Notes: generated by a model from the letters alone, not told the origin. Shown: positions 28,220-38,605, counted from the stretch's first letter. The stretch is DNA of 64,000 bases from an uncultured Chloroflexia bacterium (GCA_963720505.1 CAVRFT010000003.1:863997-927996); one strand, 5' to 3'. Made by a program: numbers and translations.

Positions 28220-29119
28220 CACCTCGAGCACCTGCACCGACCACGGCGCCAGCCCGCCCGCTGGATCGGGCTTGTACTGCCCGTAGGCGCGGGTGCCATT
28301 GGCCATGACCGGGAGCAGGCGCGATCCCTCGCAGCCGATCCCGGGCCCCAGGCACCAGTCCACGATGTCCTGGTGGGTCTGCAGCCACATGGCGTAGGGC
28401 GGCATGTTCCAGGCGGCATCCTCCCGGAGCAGCGAGGTCAGGGCGTCCATGTCGTACCGCTCGAAGGCGTCGACGTAGCGGGCCAGCAGGGCGGTGTGCT
28501 GAGCATCCATCGGGTCGTGCTCGTCCGCGCTCTTGAGCTTGTCGGACGCGAGAGTGGCCCGTGCGCGCTGGAGGGCACTGTTGACCGATGCGACGGTGGT
28601 GTCCAGCAGCTCCGCCACCTCATCCGCATGCCAGCGCAGCACCTCGCGCAGGATCAGCACCGCTCGCTGGCGCGGAGGCAGGTGCTGCAGCGCGGCCACG
28701 AAGGCCAGCTTCACCGATTCGCGAGCCACCGCGATCTCGGCCGGGTCGCCAGCCGTGGGCAGGATCCGCCCATCGGGCGCCGGCTCGACCCAGACGCTCT
28801 CCACCAGCGGGGGCGGCAGGGGCTGGTCGGCAGACGACGGCGCCTGCAGGTCCATGGGCCGGGCGCGACGCTGGCTGGCGCCGAGCATCGAGAGGCAGAC
28901 GTTGGTGGCGATGCGGTACAGCCAGGAGCGGAGGCTGGAGCGGCCCTCGAATCGGTCAAGGCTGCGCCACGCCCGGACGAAGGTCTCCTGCACGGCGTCC
29001 TCCGCCTCGAAGGCGGAGCCGAGCATGCGATAGCAGTAGCCGGTCAGCTCGACGCGGTATTGCTCCAGGTCCTGCTCGGTGGCAGTGGGGGCGGCAATCG
29101 TGTCAGTCACCACGCGCAT
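28106..29119 (-). CDS. ECF RNA polymerase sigma factor with a fused C-terminal SnoaL-like domain (ECF41/SigJ-like).
   Basis: Sigma-2 region (YRMLGSAFEAEDAVQETFVRAWR) and sigma-4 region (LPPRQRAVLILREVLRWHADEVAELLDTTVASVNSALQRAR), then a tail of about 130 aa. Start at the internal Met MRVVTD. Confidence 0.8.
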   Translation of the reverse strand: MRVVTDTIAAPTATEQDLEQYRVELTGYCYRMLGSAFEAEDAVQETFVRAWRSLDRFEGRSSLRSWLYRIATNVCLSMLGASQRRARPMDLQAPSSADQPLPPPLVESVWVEPAPDGRILPTAGDPAEIAVARESVKLAFVAALQHLPPRQRAVLILREVLRWHADEVAELLDTTVASVNSALQRARATLASDKLKSADEHDPMDAQHTALLARYVDAFERYDMDALTSLLREDAAWNMPPYAMWLQTHQDIVDWCLGPGIGCEGSRLLPVMANGTRAYGQYKPDPAGGLAPWSVQVLEVSGDRISGITFFLDTGRLFPLFGLADHLDAEVGQPVQA

Positions 29120-29164
29120 GCTACCGATCGGTTGGCCACCGGTCGAACGGGCTAGAGTCGCCAC

Positions 29165-29566
29165 ATGACCGATTCCACCGCCGAGCAGGATGCCATCCGC
29201 GCCCTCATCACCGACACCTACGCCGCCATGTCGAGCGGAGAACCGGGCACGGCGCGATTCTTCGCCCATCCCGACATCGCCATCGCCGGCTCCGGCCAGG
29301 GCGAGCTGGTCGCGGGCCCCGAGCAGGCCGCGCGCATGGCCGAGGGCGTCACCCAACTCGGCTACCGATGGTCGCCGGACGACATCACCATCTGGGTCCG
29401 CGGCGACGTTGCCTGGGCGCAGATCCTGGGCACCGTGACGGTGGATCGGGACGGGCAGGAAGAGGTGGTGCCGTACTGGACGACCGGCGTCTTCGGTCGC
29501 GAGGACGGCGAGTGGTCGTGGCGCTACTGGGGCGGTGCCGAGCCTCAGGCGGAACCGCGCGTCTGA
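29165..29566 (+). CDS. SnoaL-like/NTF2-like (DUF4440-type) protein, divergent from the ECF sigma gene.
   Basis: 133 aa with an NTF2-like composition. Found in the divergent promoter arrangement typical of ECF41 neighbourhoods. Confidence 0.6.
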   Translation: MTDSTAEQDAIRALITDTYAAMSSGEPGTARFFAHPDIAIAGSGQGELVAGPEQAARMAEGVTQLGYRWSPDDITIWVRGDVAWAQILGTVTVDRDGQEEVVPYWTTGVFGREDGEWSWRYWGGAEPQAEPRV

Positions 29567-29792
29567 GGCGGGGGATCGCTATCGTTTTCCGGTAGCGGCG
29601 GACGATTTGGCGATAGGATCAATCGCATACGGGAGGGCATTCGCAAGCCGCCCTCGAGCGTCCGGATCGACACGGGACCTAGCGGCGGTGATCGACTGCC
29701 ACGACCGAACGCGGCCCGACAGGACCAGGCAATTTCTCGTCCGCGCTGCGGGCCCTGCCCAGCAGGCGACCGCTGCCGTTACGTCGGGGGAA

Positions 29793-29848
29793 TGAAGAAG
29801 CCGGCGACCGACTGCCGGGGGGAGAAGCAGTCGGGCGCCGGTTCTTCA
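29793..29848. terminator. Bidirectional terminator-like hairpin between convergent genes.
   Basis: The 23-nt arms TGAAGAAGCCGGCGACCGACTGC and GCAGTCGGGCGCCGGTTCTTCA pair with 2 mismatches around the loop CGGGGGGAGAAG. Confidence 0.55.
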
Positions 29849-29903
29849 TGAATCTATGCGGCCCGTCAAGCGATTACGTATAACTAATCGCTATCGATTT
29901 CCG

Positions 29904-30567
29904 TTAGACCTGCTCCATCTGGACGATCGGTCCTTCGAGCTTCACGCCGGTGGCGTGGATGGGGCAGTAGCCGTTCGGGATTCTTCACCAGGTATTGCTG
30001 GTGGTAGTCCTCGGCGAAGTAGAACTCCGGGGCGGGCACGATCTCGGTCGTGATCTTCCCGTAGCCCGCCTTCGACAGCTCGGCCTGGTACATGTCGCGT
30101 GAGGCTGCGGCGGCCGCGGCCTGCGCATCGGTGTGGGTGAAGATGGCCGAGCGGTACTGCGTGCCGACGTCGTTGCCCTGCCGATAGCCCTGGGTCGGGT
30201 CGTGCGCCTCCCAGAAGAGCTTCAGCAGCTGCTCGTAGCTGATCCGCTTGGGGTCGTAGACCACGCGCACCGACTCGGCGTGGCCGGTGCGGCCGGAGCA
30301 GACCTCCTTGTAGGTCGGATTCGGCGTTGTGCCGCCCTGGTAGCCGACCGAGGTGACGATCACGCCGGGCTGCTGCCAGAACAGCTTCTCTTCGCCCCAG
30401 AAGCAGCCGAGTGCGAAGTCGGCGATCTCCGAGCCCTCGGGGTAGGGGCCCTTCAGCGGCTGGCCGTTGAGGATGTGCGTATCAGAGGTGGGAAGCGGCT
30501 CGGCCCGCCCGGGAAGCGTCTCACCAGGGTCGGGCATCTTGGACTTGAAGAGGTCGCGGAAGAACAT
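29904..30567 (-). CDS. msrA: Peptide methionine sulfoxide reductase MsrA with an apparent +1 frameshift near 29984.
   Basis: GCFWG active site. The canonical C-terminus [25 protein letters not shown] is recovered by removing one nucleotide (cccgaacgg to cccaacgg). Confidence 0.85.
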
Positions 30568-30702
30568 GCCTCAAGTGTAATCACGCAGCGAACGCTTGCC
30601 GACGGTGCCGCCTGGCGGTCCGCGGCCGGATGACTCACGTCTTGCGAATCGGTCAGGATTCAGGAGATGACCGGCGAATGAACGGATGAAAGGGACCGAT
30701 TG

Positions 30703-31653
30703 GTGACCGATGTGCAGCTTGGCGTGCTTCTCTGGAACCAGGCCACGGACTGGCCGGCGTACGAGGACGCCGCGCGTCGGGTGGACAAGCTCGGTTACGA
30801 CCATCTCTGGGCGTGGGACCACCTGTACGCCATCTTCGGCGACCCGCTGCAGCCGATCTTCGAGGGCTGGATGAGCCTCGCCGCGTCGGCCAAGGTTACC
30901 CAGCGCGTGCGGCTTGGCCTGCTGGTCGGCGCCAACACCTTCCGCAACCCGGGCCTCACGGCCAAGCTCGCCACCACGCTCGATCACATGAGCGACGGGC
31001 GGGCGATCCTGGGCGTCGGCGGCGCCTGGTTCGGGACGGAGCATGAAGCCAACGGGATCGAGTTCGGCAGCGGCTTCGGTCAGCGCCTGGACTGGATGGA
31101 CGAGGCCGCTGCCGCGATGCGCACGTTGCTGGACGGCGGGACGGTCACCAGCCAGCCGGACGGCCACTACCAGTTCAACGACCTGGTCCTGCTGCCGCGC
31201 CCGCTCCAGCAGCGGCTGCCGATCATGATCGGCGGCGGCGGCGAGAAGAAGACGCTGCGGTCCGTGGCGCGCTACGCGGACATGTGGAATGCCATGGGCC
31301 TACCCGACGTGCTGCGCCACAAGGACGAGGTGCTGCGAGCCCACTGCGAGGCGGTGGGCCGCGACCAGGCGGAGATCGAGCGAACCGCGGGCTGCAAGCC
31401 GATCATCCGCGACACGGCGGAGGAGGCTCGCCGCGTGTGGGAGGCGCAGATGGCGCACAACCGCACGCCGATGTCCGATGTGGAGGACGACGACACCTTC
31501 TGGGTCGGGACGCCGGAGCAGGTCGCCGAGGAGATGCGGGCTCGCAGCGAGCTGGGCTTCCACACCTTCATCGCCGAGATGGCGGCGCCCTACGACGTCG
31601 AAACGCTCGAGCGCTGGATCGGTGAGGTCAAGCCCATGGTCGAGCGGGCGTGA
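30703..31653 (+). CDS. LLM-class F420-dependent oxidoreductase (luciferase-like monooxygenase family).
   Basis: TIM-barrel LLM motifs: LGYDHLWAWDHL, GVGGAWFGTEHEANG, LPIMIGGGGEKKTL. Confidence 0.8.
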   Translation: MTDVQLGVLLWNQATDWPAYEDAARRVDKLGYDHLWAWDHLYAIFGDPLQPIFEGWMSLAASAKVTQRVRLGLLVGANTFRNPGLTAKLATTLDHMSDGRAILGVGGAWFGTEHEANGIEFGSGFGQRLDWMDEAAAAMRTLLDGGTVTSQPDGHYQFNDLVLLPRPLQQRLPIMIGGGGEKKTLRSVARYADMWNAMGLPDVLRHKDEVLRAHCEAVGRDQAEIERTAGCKPIIRDTAEEARRVWEAQMAHNRTPMSDVEDDDTFWVGTPEQVAEEMRARSELGFHTFIAEMAAPYDVETLERWIGEVKPMVERA

Positions 31654-31663
31654 ATCCGCAGCG

Positions 31664-33085
31664 GTGACCCGCACCGCCTGGAGTCCCGGCCAGCGCGTGC
31701 TGACCGCCGGCCTGCTGCTGATGGTGACCGCCATCGGCTTCGAGGGCCTGGCGGTGCCCACCGTGCTGCCGGCGGCCCTCGAGGAATTCGGCGGGCTGCC
31801 GCTCTACGGCTGGGCGTTCTCCGGCTTCTGGCTGACGAACCTGGTGGGCATCGCGGTGGCGGGCAGCCAGGCAGATCGACGGGGTCCGCTGCCGCCGTTC
31901 GCGGCGGGCGTGCTGCTCTTCTCGGCGGGGCTGCTGGTCGCCGGCTTCGCGCCGGACATGGCCTGGATCGTGGCCGGACGGGTGGTGCAGGGCTTCGGCG
32001 CCGGGGCGATCGCAGCCATCACCTACGTGATCGTGGCTCGCGGCTACGACCGCGCCGAGCAGCCACGCATGATCGCCATCATCTCCAGCGCCTGGGTGAT
32101 CCCCGGCCTCATCGGTCCGGCGCTGGCTGGGTACGTGGCGGAGGCCTTCTCCTGGCGATGGACGTTCCTGGCCCTCGCGCCACTGCTCCCGCTGGCCCTG
32201 CTGGCCCTGGCTGGACCGATGCGCCGGCTCGGCGCCCCCGAGCGCGAGGCCCCTGTGGGCGGCGATGGCGCTGCGGCCCGGCGCCGGGAGGCCTTCGACG
32301 CCGTGCGGCTGGCGGCGGGCGCCGCACTGATGCTGGCCGGGCTCGGGGCGCGCAATCTGCCGTTCCTGGCTCTCGCGCTCGTCGCCGGGCTGCTCCTGGC
32401 CGTTCCGCCGCTGCGCCGCATGCTGCCGCCGGGAACCCTGAGCGCTCGACCCGGCCGCGGGGCGGCAGTGGCCGTCCTCGGCCTCATCAGCATCGCCTTC
32501 TTCGGGGTGGAGGCCTTCGTCCCGCTCGCCGTCTCGTCGATCCGCGGAGCGGGCACCCTGGCCGGTGGGCTGGCACTCGCGGCCGCAGCGGTGACCTGGG
32601 CCGCGGGCTCGTGGGTGCAGGCGCGCCTGACGGGACGCGTCTCGCGCCGTGCCATGACCGGCGCCGGGATCGGGCTGATCGCCGTCGGCATCGGCATGGA
32701 GGCGGCCATCCCGATCAGCGCCCTACCGGTCTGGCTGGCTGCCGCCGGCTGGGGCGTGGGCGGCCTGGGGATGGGCATCGCGTACTCGCAGACGACCCTG
32801 GCCACCATCGAGACCGCCCAATCCGGGGAGGAGGGCGCCGCCTCGGCAGCGGTGCAGCTGGCCGAGGCGCTGGGCATCGGGCTGGGCACCGGCGTGGCCG
32901 GCGCGGTGGTCGCCTACGGCGCGACCGAGCTGGGCGGAATGGCCCCGGCCATCTTCATCGCGGACGTGCTGCTGCTCATCGTTTGCGTGGTCGCGTTGGC
33001 CGTCGCGGGTCGCGTGCCGGAGCCGGCCGTCGCGGGTGAGGGAGAGATGCGCCCCGCTGGAACTGCTGCCTACCCGCCGCTCTGA
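31664..33085 (+). CDS. MFS transporter.
   Basis: 12-14 hydrophobic segments. GTG start at 31664 (alternative ATG at 31723). Confidence 0.75.
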   Translation: MTRTAWSPGQRVLTAGLLLMVTAIGFEGLAVPTVLPAALEEFGGLPLYGWAFSGFWLTNLVGIAVAGSQADRRGPLPPFAAGVLLFSAGLLVAGFAPDMAWIVAGRVVQGFGAGAIAAITYVIVARGYDRAEQPRMIAIISSAWVIPGLIGPALAGYVAEAFSWRWTFLALAPLLPLALLALAGPMRRLGAPEREAPVGGDGAAARRREAFDAVRLAAGAALMLAGLGARNLPFLALALVAGLLLAVPPLRRMLPPGTLSARPGRGAAVAVLGLISIAFFGVEAFVPLAVSSIRGAGTLAGGLALAAAAVTWAAGSWVQARLTGRVSRRAMTGAGIGLIAVGIGMEAAIPISALPVWLAAAGWGVGGLGMGIAYSQTTLATIETAQSGEEGAASAAVQLAEALGIGLGTGVAGAVVAYGATELGGMAPAIFIADVLLLIVCVVALAVAGRVPEPAVAGEGEMRPAGTAAYPPL

Positions 33086-33651
33086 TCGCCGCTCCGGTCG
33101 TTGCGGAACGGCTCGCCATGGCCAGGCACCACCACGTCCGCCAGCTCCAGGATGCGCCGGCGACTGGCCTCGAGCGCGGCCTGGTCATCGGCTATGGGAT
33201 CGACCTCCGGCGTCCGGTCGGCCCGCCACCAGGCGTGGGTGCAGGCCACGACGCCGTCATCGGTCTCGGCAAGGAGGGTCAGGTCCTCGTTCGTGTGGCC
33301 CGGCGTCATGATCAGCCAGGCGTGTGGGCTCAGCCGATGGCCGTCGCCGGGGTGGTCGATCCACTGGTCGCCGCGGTAGTGCGCCCACGCGTCGACCACA
33401 TCGGCCCTGGGGAAGAGCGCCGCATTCACCGTGTGGTCCGGGTGGTGGTGCGTGAGGACGACGTGGGTGACGTCCTCAGCGGCGTGGCCCAAAGCGGCCA
33501 GCGGACCCAGGATGGCATCCGGCCCGGCCGCCAAACCGGGATCGACCACGATCAGCGCGCCGTCGTCTTCGATCAGGCTCACGCTGCTGCCCACCGTCAC
33601 TCCGGAGTCGCGGATGTAGCCCGCGTGCAGGAGATGGAATCGGGCTGGCAC
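33070..33651 (-). CDS. MBL-fold metallo-hydrolase.
   Basis: THHHPDH (HxHxDH) and a C-terminal PGHGEP motif. Confidence 0.75.
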   Translation of the reverse strand: MPARFHLLHAGYIRDSGVTVGSSVSLIEDDGALIVVDPGLAAGPDAILGPLAALGHAAEDVTHVVLTHHHPDHTVNAALFPRADVVDAWAHYRGDQWIDHPGDGHRLSPHAWLIMTPGHTNEDLTLLAETDDGVVACTHAWWRADRTPEVDPIADDQAALEASRRRILELADVVVPGHGEPFRNDRSGDQSGG

Positions 33652-33698
33652 GGGAGCGAGTCTGAACGATCCGCGAGGCGGGCGCCTACTCTGGATGA

Positions 33699-35126
33699 AT
33701 GAGCGCAAGGGGCGGTGCAGTCGGGCGGCTGGCAATCGGCGTGGTGGCGGTGGCCATCCTGGCCGGCTGCGGCGGCGCGCCGTTCCTGGGTGGCAGCCCC
33801 ACGCCATCGCCGCTCGCCGGACGCGAGCACGAATCGCACGAGACGCTGCCGCCCGACGCCACCCCGTTCCCGGACCGCCACTCGGACCAGCTGGAGCTGG
33901 TCGGCAGCCTGCCCAAAGAAGAGCACTCGTTCGACTTCTTCAACTCGGACATGGCCTTCTGGGGCGACACGCTGGTCCAGGGCAGCTACGACGGCTTCCG
34001 GCTGATCGACATCTCGCAACCGACCGCCCCGCGCCTGATCGCCGACGTCGAGTGCCGCGGGCCGCAGGGCGACGTCTCGATCTGGGAGAACCTGGTCTTC
34101 GTCAGCGTCGACCGGCCGCAGACCACGCCGCGCTGCAACTCGGAGGACGCGGAGAAGGTAGATCCCCTGTTCGTGCCGCCGCAGGGCGGGTGGGAGGGGA
34201 TCCGCGTCTTCGACATCTCGCAGCCGCGCCAGCCTCGGCTGGTCACCTCGGTGGCCACGGACTGCGGGTCGCACACCAACACGCTGGTGCCGGATCTCGA
34301 GCACCATCGGCTCCTGCTCTACGTGAGCTCGTACGCGCTGGCCGTCCAGCCAGACCTGGCGCCGGGCTGCACCAACCCGCACGGGCACATCAGCGTGGTC
34401 GAGGTGCCGCTGGACGACCCGGCGACGGCCAGCGTGATCGCCGAGCCGCACCTGTTCGACACCCCGGTCTGGAAGGTGTGGCCCGGCGCGCCGGAGGGAT
34501 ACGAGGACACCGCCGGCTGCCACGACATCACCATCTACGAGCCGAAGCACCTGGCCGCCGCGGCCTGCATGAGCGAGGGACAGATCTGGGACATCAGCGA
34601 CCCGGTTCATCCCGTCACGCTGGCGCACGTCGACCTGGGGGACGTGAGCTTCTGGCATTCGGCCGCCTGGAGCAGCGACGGCAGCGTGGTCGCCTTCGGC
34701 GACGAGAACCTGGCGCCTGCCGGATGCACCGATGCGCCCCTCGGCGCCATCTGGTTCTACAACGTCGACGACCCGGCCGCGCCGCAGCTCGAGGGACGCT
34801 TCAGCCTGGACCGATACCAGGGCAGCGAGATCTGCTCGGCCCACATGTTCAACGTCATCCCGGGCATCGACCGCGACCTGCTGGTGTCCGCTTTCTATGC
34901 CGGCGGGACGAGCGTGATCGACTTCACCGATCCGACCCAGCCGGAGGAGATCGCCTACTTCGACGTCGGCGGCCGAACGCCGGGCGACGAGTGGGCGTCG
35001 TACTGGTACAACGGCTACATCTGGGCGTCGGACCACCTGCGCGGGCTGGACGTCTTCCAGCTCGACCTACCCGATGTCGCGGGCGCCACCGAGCTGCCGC
35101 ACCTGAACCCGCAAACGCAGGAGTAG
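33699..35126 (+). CDS. LVIVD-repeat beta-propeller lipoprotein.
   Basis: Lipobox ILAGC. Repeated motifs RLIDISQPTAPRL, RVFDISQPRQPRL, IWDISDPVHPV, LDVFQLD. Confidence 0.65.
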   Translation: MSARGGAVGRLAIGVVAVAILAGCGGAPFLGGSPTPSPLAGREHESHETLPPDATPFPDRHSDQLELVGSLPKEEHSFDFFNSDMAFWGDTLVQGSYDGFRLIDISQPTAPRLIADVECRGPQGDVSIWENLVFVSVDRPQTTPRCNSEDAEKVDPLFVPPQGGWEGIRVFDISQPRQPRLVTSVATDCGSHTNTLVPDLEHHRLLLYVSSYALAVQPDLAPGCTNPHGHISVVEVPLDDPATASVIAEPHLFDTPVWKVWPGAPEGYEDTAGCHDITIYEPKHLAAAACMSEGQIWDISDPVHPVTLAHVDLGDVSFWHSAAWSSDGSVVAFGDENLAPAGCTDAPLGAIWFYNVDDPAAPQLEGRFSLDRYQGSEICSAHMFNVIPGIDRDLLVSAFYAGGTSVIDFTDPTQPEEIAYFDVGGRTPGDEWASYWYNGYIWASDHLRGLDVFQLDLPDVAGATELPHLNPQTQE

Positions 35127-35146
35127 CGCGGCAGTACGCTGCACCA

Positions 35147-36139
35147 ATGCGGCAGCTGCCACGGCTCCTGCGCTCGCGTCGCCTGGACGGCACCGACGGC
35201 GACGGCAGCTCTCTGCCCGACGAGCCGCGCGTCGAGATGGTCGAGGCGCGCGGGCTGCGCTGGTATCACGCCGAGGATCCAGGATCGGCGGACTTTGCCT
35301 GGGTGGCGGAGCGCTTCCCGTTCCACCCGCTCGACCTTGAAGACGTCGCCAGCATCAACCAGCGACCCAAGCTGGACGTGTACGACGACTACCTGTTCCT
35401 GGTGCTGCAGTTCCCTCGCTTCGACAAGGACAGCGGGCGTCTCCATCCAGTCGAGCTGGACGTCTTCATCGGTCCTGACTACGTGGTCACGTTGCCCGAG
35501 GAAGCGATCGTGCCGCTGCCCGCCATGTGGGACCGGGTCGGTGACCAGCCCGAGGTGCGGGAGGAGCTGTTTGCCGGCGGCTCCGGCCGTCTGCTGTACG
35601 AGATCCTGGACCGCTGCGTCGACGCCGGCTTCCCGATGCTCGGCCAGCTCGGGCGCAAGCTGCGCCGGCTGGAGGACGACATCTTCGAGGGCCGCTCCCG
35701 CGAGATCGTGCGTGACATCAGCAACACCAAGCAGGAGATCATCAACTTCCGGGCGATCATCAGCCCCCAGCGTGCCGTGTTCCGCGCCCTGGAGCGCGCC
35801 AAGCAGGGCTACTTCGGCGAGGAGCTGGACGTCTATTTCGACGACCTGACCGATGCCTCGGAGCGCATCTGGGACGTGCTCGAGACCTACAAGGAGATCG
35901 TTGAGGCGCTGGAATCGAGCAATGAGTCGGTGCTGTCGCATCGGCTGAATGACTCGCTGCGCATCCTGACCGCGGCCAGCGTCGTCCTGCTGCCGCTGAC
36001 CCTGATCGCCAGCGTGTGGGGCATGAACGTCCAGGTGCCCGGCGAGGGGGCGCCTGGCTCCTTCTGGTTCATCATCGGGGTGATGGCGGTCCTGCTGGTC
36101 GGGATGGTCCTGTACTTCCGCCGCCGCGGCTGGCTGTAG
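35147..36139 (+). CDS. corA: Magnesium/cobalt transporter CorA.
   Basis: GMN motif (WGMNV) before the two C-terminal TMs. 330 aa. Confidence 0.85.
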   Translation: MRQLPRLLRSRRLDGTDGDGSSLPDEPRVEMVEARGLRWYHAEDPGSADFAWVAERFPFHPLDLEDVASINQRPKLDVYDDYLFLVLQFPRFDKDSGRLHPVELDVFIGPDYVVTLPEEAIVPLPAMWDRVGDQPEVREELFAGGSGRLLYEILDRCVDAGFPMLGQLGRKLRRLEDDIFEGRSREIVRDISNTKQEIINFRAIISPQRAVFRALERAKQGYFGEELDVYFDDLTDASERIWDVLETYKEIVEALESSNESVLSHRLNDSLRILTAASVVLLPLTLIASVWGMNVQVPGEGAPGSFWFIIGVMAVLLVGMVLYFRRRGWL

Positions 36140-36152
36140 CAACAGCACGGCG

Positions 36153-36954
36153 GTGCTGGACCAGGGCCGATTCGTCGAGGTCGGCGGCGAGCGCATCCAC
36201 CTGATCGAGCGCGGCAGCGGGCCGCCGCTACTGCTGGTGCACGGGTTTCCCAGCAATGCCGCCGCATTTAGCGCGATCGTGCCGCGCCTGGAGGCGGAAC
36301 GCTCGATGGTGGCGCTGGACATGGTCGGGTTCGGGCAGTCGACCCGCCAGCCGCGGCGGCCGCTGACCGGCGATGCCTACGCCGACCGGCTGGTGGCGTT
36401 GCATGGATGAGCTGAAGCTGGACCGGATCGACGTCGTTGGCCTGTCCTGGGGCGGCTCCGTGGTCCAGCGGCTCGCCGCCCGGCACCCGGAGCGCGTTCG
36501 GCGGCTGGTGCTGCTCGCCTCCGTCAGCGCGGCTCACGTGCTGCCGCTGCGCACCTCCAACCTGCTCGGCCTGGCGGTGGCCGTCCGCTTCCCGACCATC
36601 GCGCGGCGGGTTGTGCGCCGCTTCCTTGGCCGCACCAGCGCCGATCCCGACCTGCCGGTCGACGACCTGGTGCGGGCCTACGTCGAGCCACTGCAGCGGC
36701 CGGGCACCATGGCCGCGATGCGGCGCTTCGTGCGGGACACGGCGGCCACGCAACCCATCGACCTGACCACGATCACGGCGCCGACGCTGGTGGTGGTGCC
36801 GCAGGCGGACCGGATCGTGCCCCCGGCTCGGCAGGAAGAGATCGCCGCCCTCATTCCGAATGCGCGATACGAGCCGATCCCCGGCGTCGGGCACGCGGTC
36901 CAGTTCGAGGTGCCCGACCGCGTGGTCGAGCTGATGCGCGACTTCCTGGCCTAG
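36153..36954 (+). CDS. Alpha/beta hydrolase with an apparent +1 frameshift near 36405.
   Basis: HGFPSN oxyanion region in frame 3. Nucleophile elbow GLSWGG and the catalytic His (GVGHAV) in frame 1. Junction LVAL/MDELKLDRIDVVG. Confidence 0.75.
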
Positions 36955-37310
36955 CGCTTCTTCTTCGGCGGCAGCTGCTGCACGTAGGCCAGGGCGCGAC
37001 CGAGCCACGGCTCGGCGGCGGCGGGGTCGGCGGCTGTCTCTGGCGGGAGGACGAGGTACTCGCGCATCGGCCGCCCGGGCATCGGCGCGAAGGGGGTTCC
37101 GCCCGCCGCGGCCAGCTCGGCGCGCTCGTCATCGGGCAGGCGGACGAACCAGGATGAGGCGAAGGTGCCGGTGAACAGCTGGCCGTTCACGAAGCCGGCC
37201 GGATAGCCGAACATCTTGCGCACCTGCGCGCCCGGCATGGCGGACACGGTGGCGGTGAATCGCTCCGCCAGATCGGCGGGCGCCTTCTCCCAATTCGGCC
37301 CGTGAGGCAT
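36951..37310 (-). CDS. TfoX/Sxy N-terminal domain protein.
   Basis: KMFGYPAGFVNGQLF motif. 119 aa from the internal Met. Confidence 0.65.
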   Translation of the reverse strand: MPHGPNWEKAPADLAERFTATVSAMPGAQVRKMFGYPAGFVNGQLFTGTFASSWFVRLPDDERAELAAAGGTPFAPMPGRPMREYLVLPPETAADPAAAEPWLGRALAYVQQLPPKKKR

Positions 37311-37697
37311 CGGTTCACTCCGATCGTCGGCTGAACGTCGCCGGTCGCCCGAGGGTAGCACCTGTGTCGCCTGGTTGGCCCGGGACCGAGCCGACCGGTT
37401 TCGGCAGGCGGCATTCGATGCCCCGCCAGCACCCCGGCGGGGCATCGAGCTGTCGTGAGGCCGCTCGTTGGGGATGCCCTGTGGAAAAAGGCGCCGTCGG
37501 CCCTGCAAAGTTGCGGATAAAGGGTCTTGTAGGCAGGATCAGGGCCAACCTATGCTTTGGTCGTCCCGAAGGGGCAGCGGATACCGGATCAGGCGATTGC
37601 ATCAAGTGTTCCGGTACCGGACCGGCGGTCTCGCACCGTCGGGCCGGGCCGCAGTTCCTTCGGGACATTTCTGTGTCCGCAGCACCGAAGGGGGCAC

Positions 37698-38601
37698 GTG
37701 AGCGAGCCCGAGGATCGCTGGCAGCTGAGCGTCGAGCCCGATCCGCTCCTGCCCGGCCGCCCGGCCCACCTGACCCTCCGCTTCACGCCCGAGTCCGACC
37801 TTGACGCGCGCGGCGCGTCGGCCGTGCTGCGCTGCGTCGAGACGTACCGCTACGACACGACCGAGACGACGACCGGCGCCGATGGACGAACCACCTCCCG
37901 CACGGTAACAAAGACGGGTCACGAGGAGATCCACCGCATCGACTACGAGCTGCAGGGTCCCGGACGCATGGCAGCCGGCCAACCGCGGCAATGGGGCCTT
38001 GACCTGGAAGTGCCCGGCCTGGGACCCGCCTCCTTCGAGGGTGAGGAGCTGCGCTGCGACTGGACTCTCGAGGCCAAGGTCGACCTGGCGATGAAGGCGG
38101 ACGAGCGGTTGGAGACGCTCCTGCACGTAGCCCAGCCGACCGCCCTGCTGAAGGCCGGGGTGGTGGAGACCGGGCAATACGGCCTGTTCGAGGAGGCGCC
38201 CACCAACGTCGATGCCTTCCCGGCTCAGATCAGGCTGGAGCCGATGCCGCTCTGCCTGCTGGAGCCGTTCAGTGGCTCGTTCACGGTCGAGACCGGCGAG
38301 CCGATCGAGGTGCAGGAGGTTCGCCTGGAGCTGCGCGTCAAGGTTCAGGTCATGTCAGCTGGAGGACGCGAGGAGGAGATCCTGGTGCAGAAGGGCCGCC
38401 TGGAGGCCGATGGTGACCGCTTCGGCGGACCGTTCGCCGTCCACCGCTTCAGCGCCGACGCGGCCGGCGCATGGCTGCCGACGGTCGACCTGCCGCACGG
38501 TACGGCGCGTGGCGTCTTCCACGTGATCCTGGCGCGCGCCTGGGAGCGGGACATCCACTACGTGCGCGACGTGGCGCTGGCCACCACTCGCGCAGCTGTA
38601 G
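37698..38601 (+). CDS. Hypothetical protein with two beta-sandwich-like halves (possibly a SpoOM/arrestin-fold family member). The 3' end is uncertain.
   Basis: GTG start where GC3 rises sharply. It has repeated L-x-V-x-P...L-x-L-x-F and EVRLELRVKV patterns. The in-frame stop is only at 38981, which would overlap the convergent kinase by 375 bp. A frame-1 stop at 38599 would end the gene just before the kinase stop. Confidence 0.45.
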
Positions 38602-38605
38602 GCGG

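Noticed and set aside
37560-37660. The CCGAAGGGGCA motif as a glycine riboswitch.
   Set aside because: GGAGAG/CUCUC partner elements and a tandem aptamer are missing. The downstream gene is unrelated to glycine metabolism.
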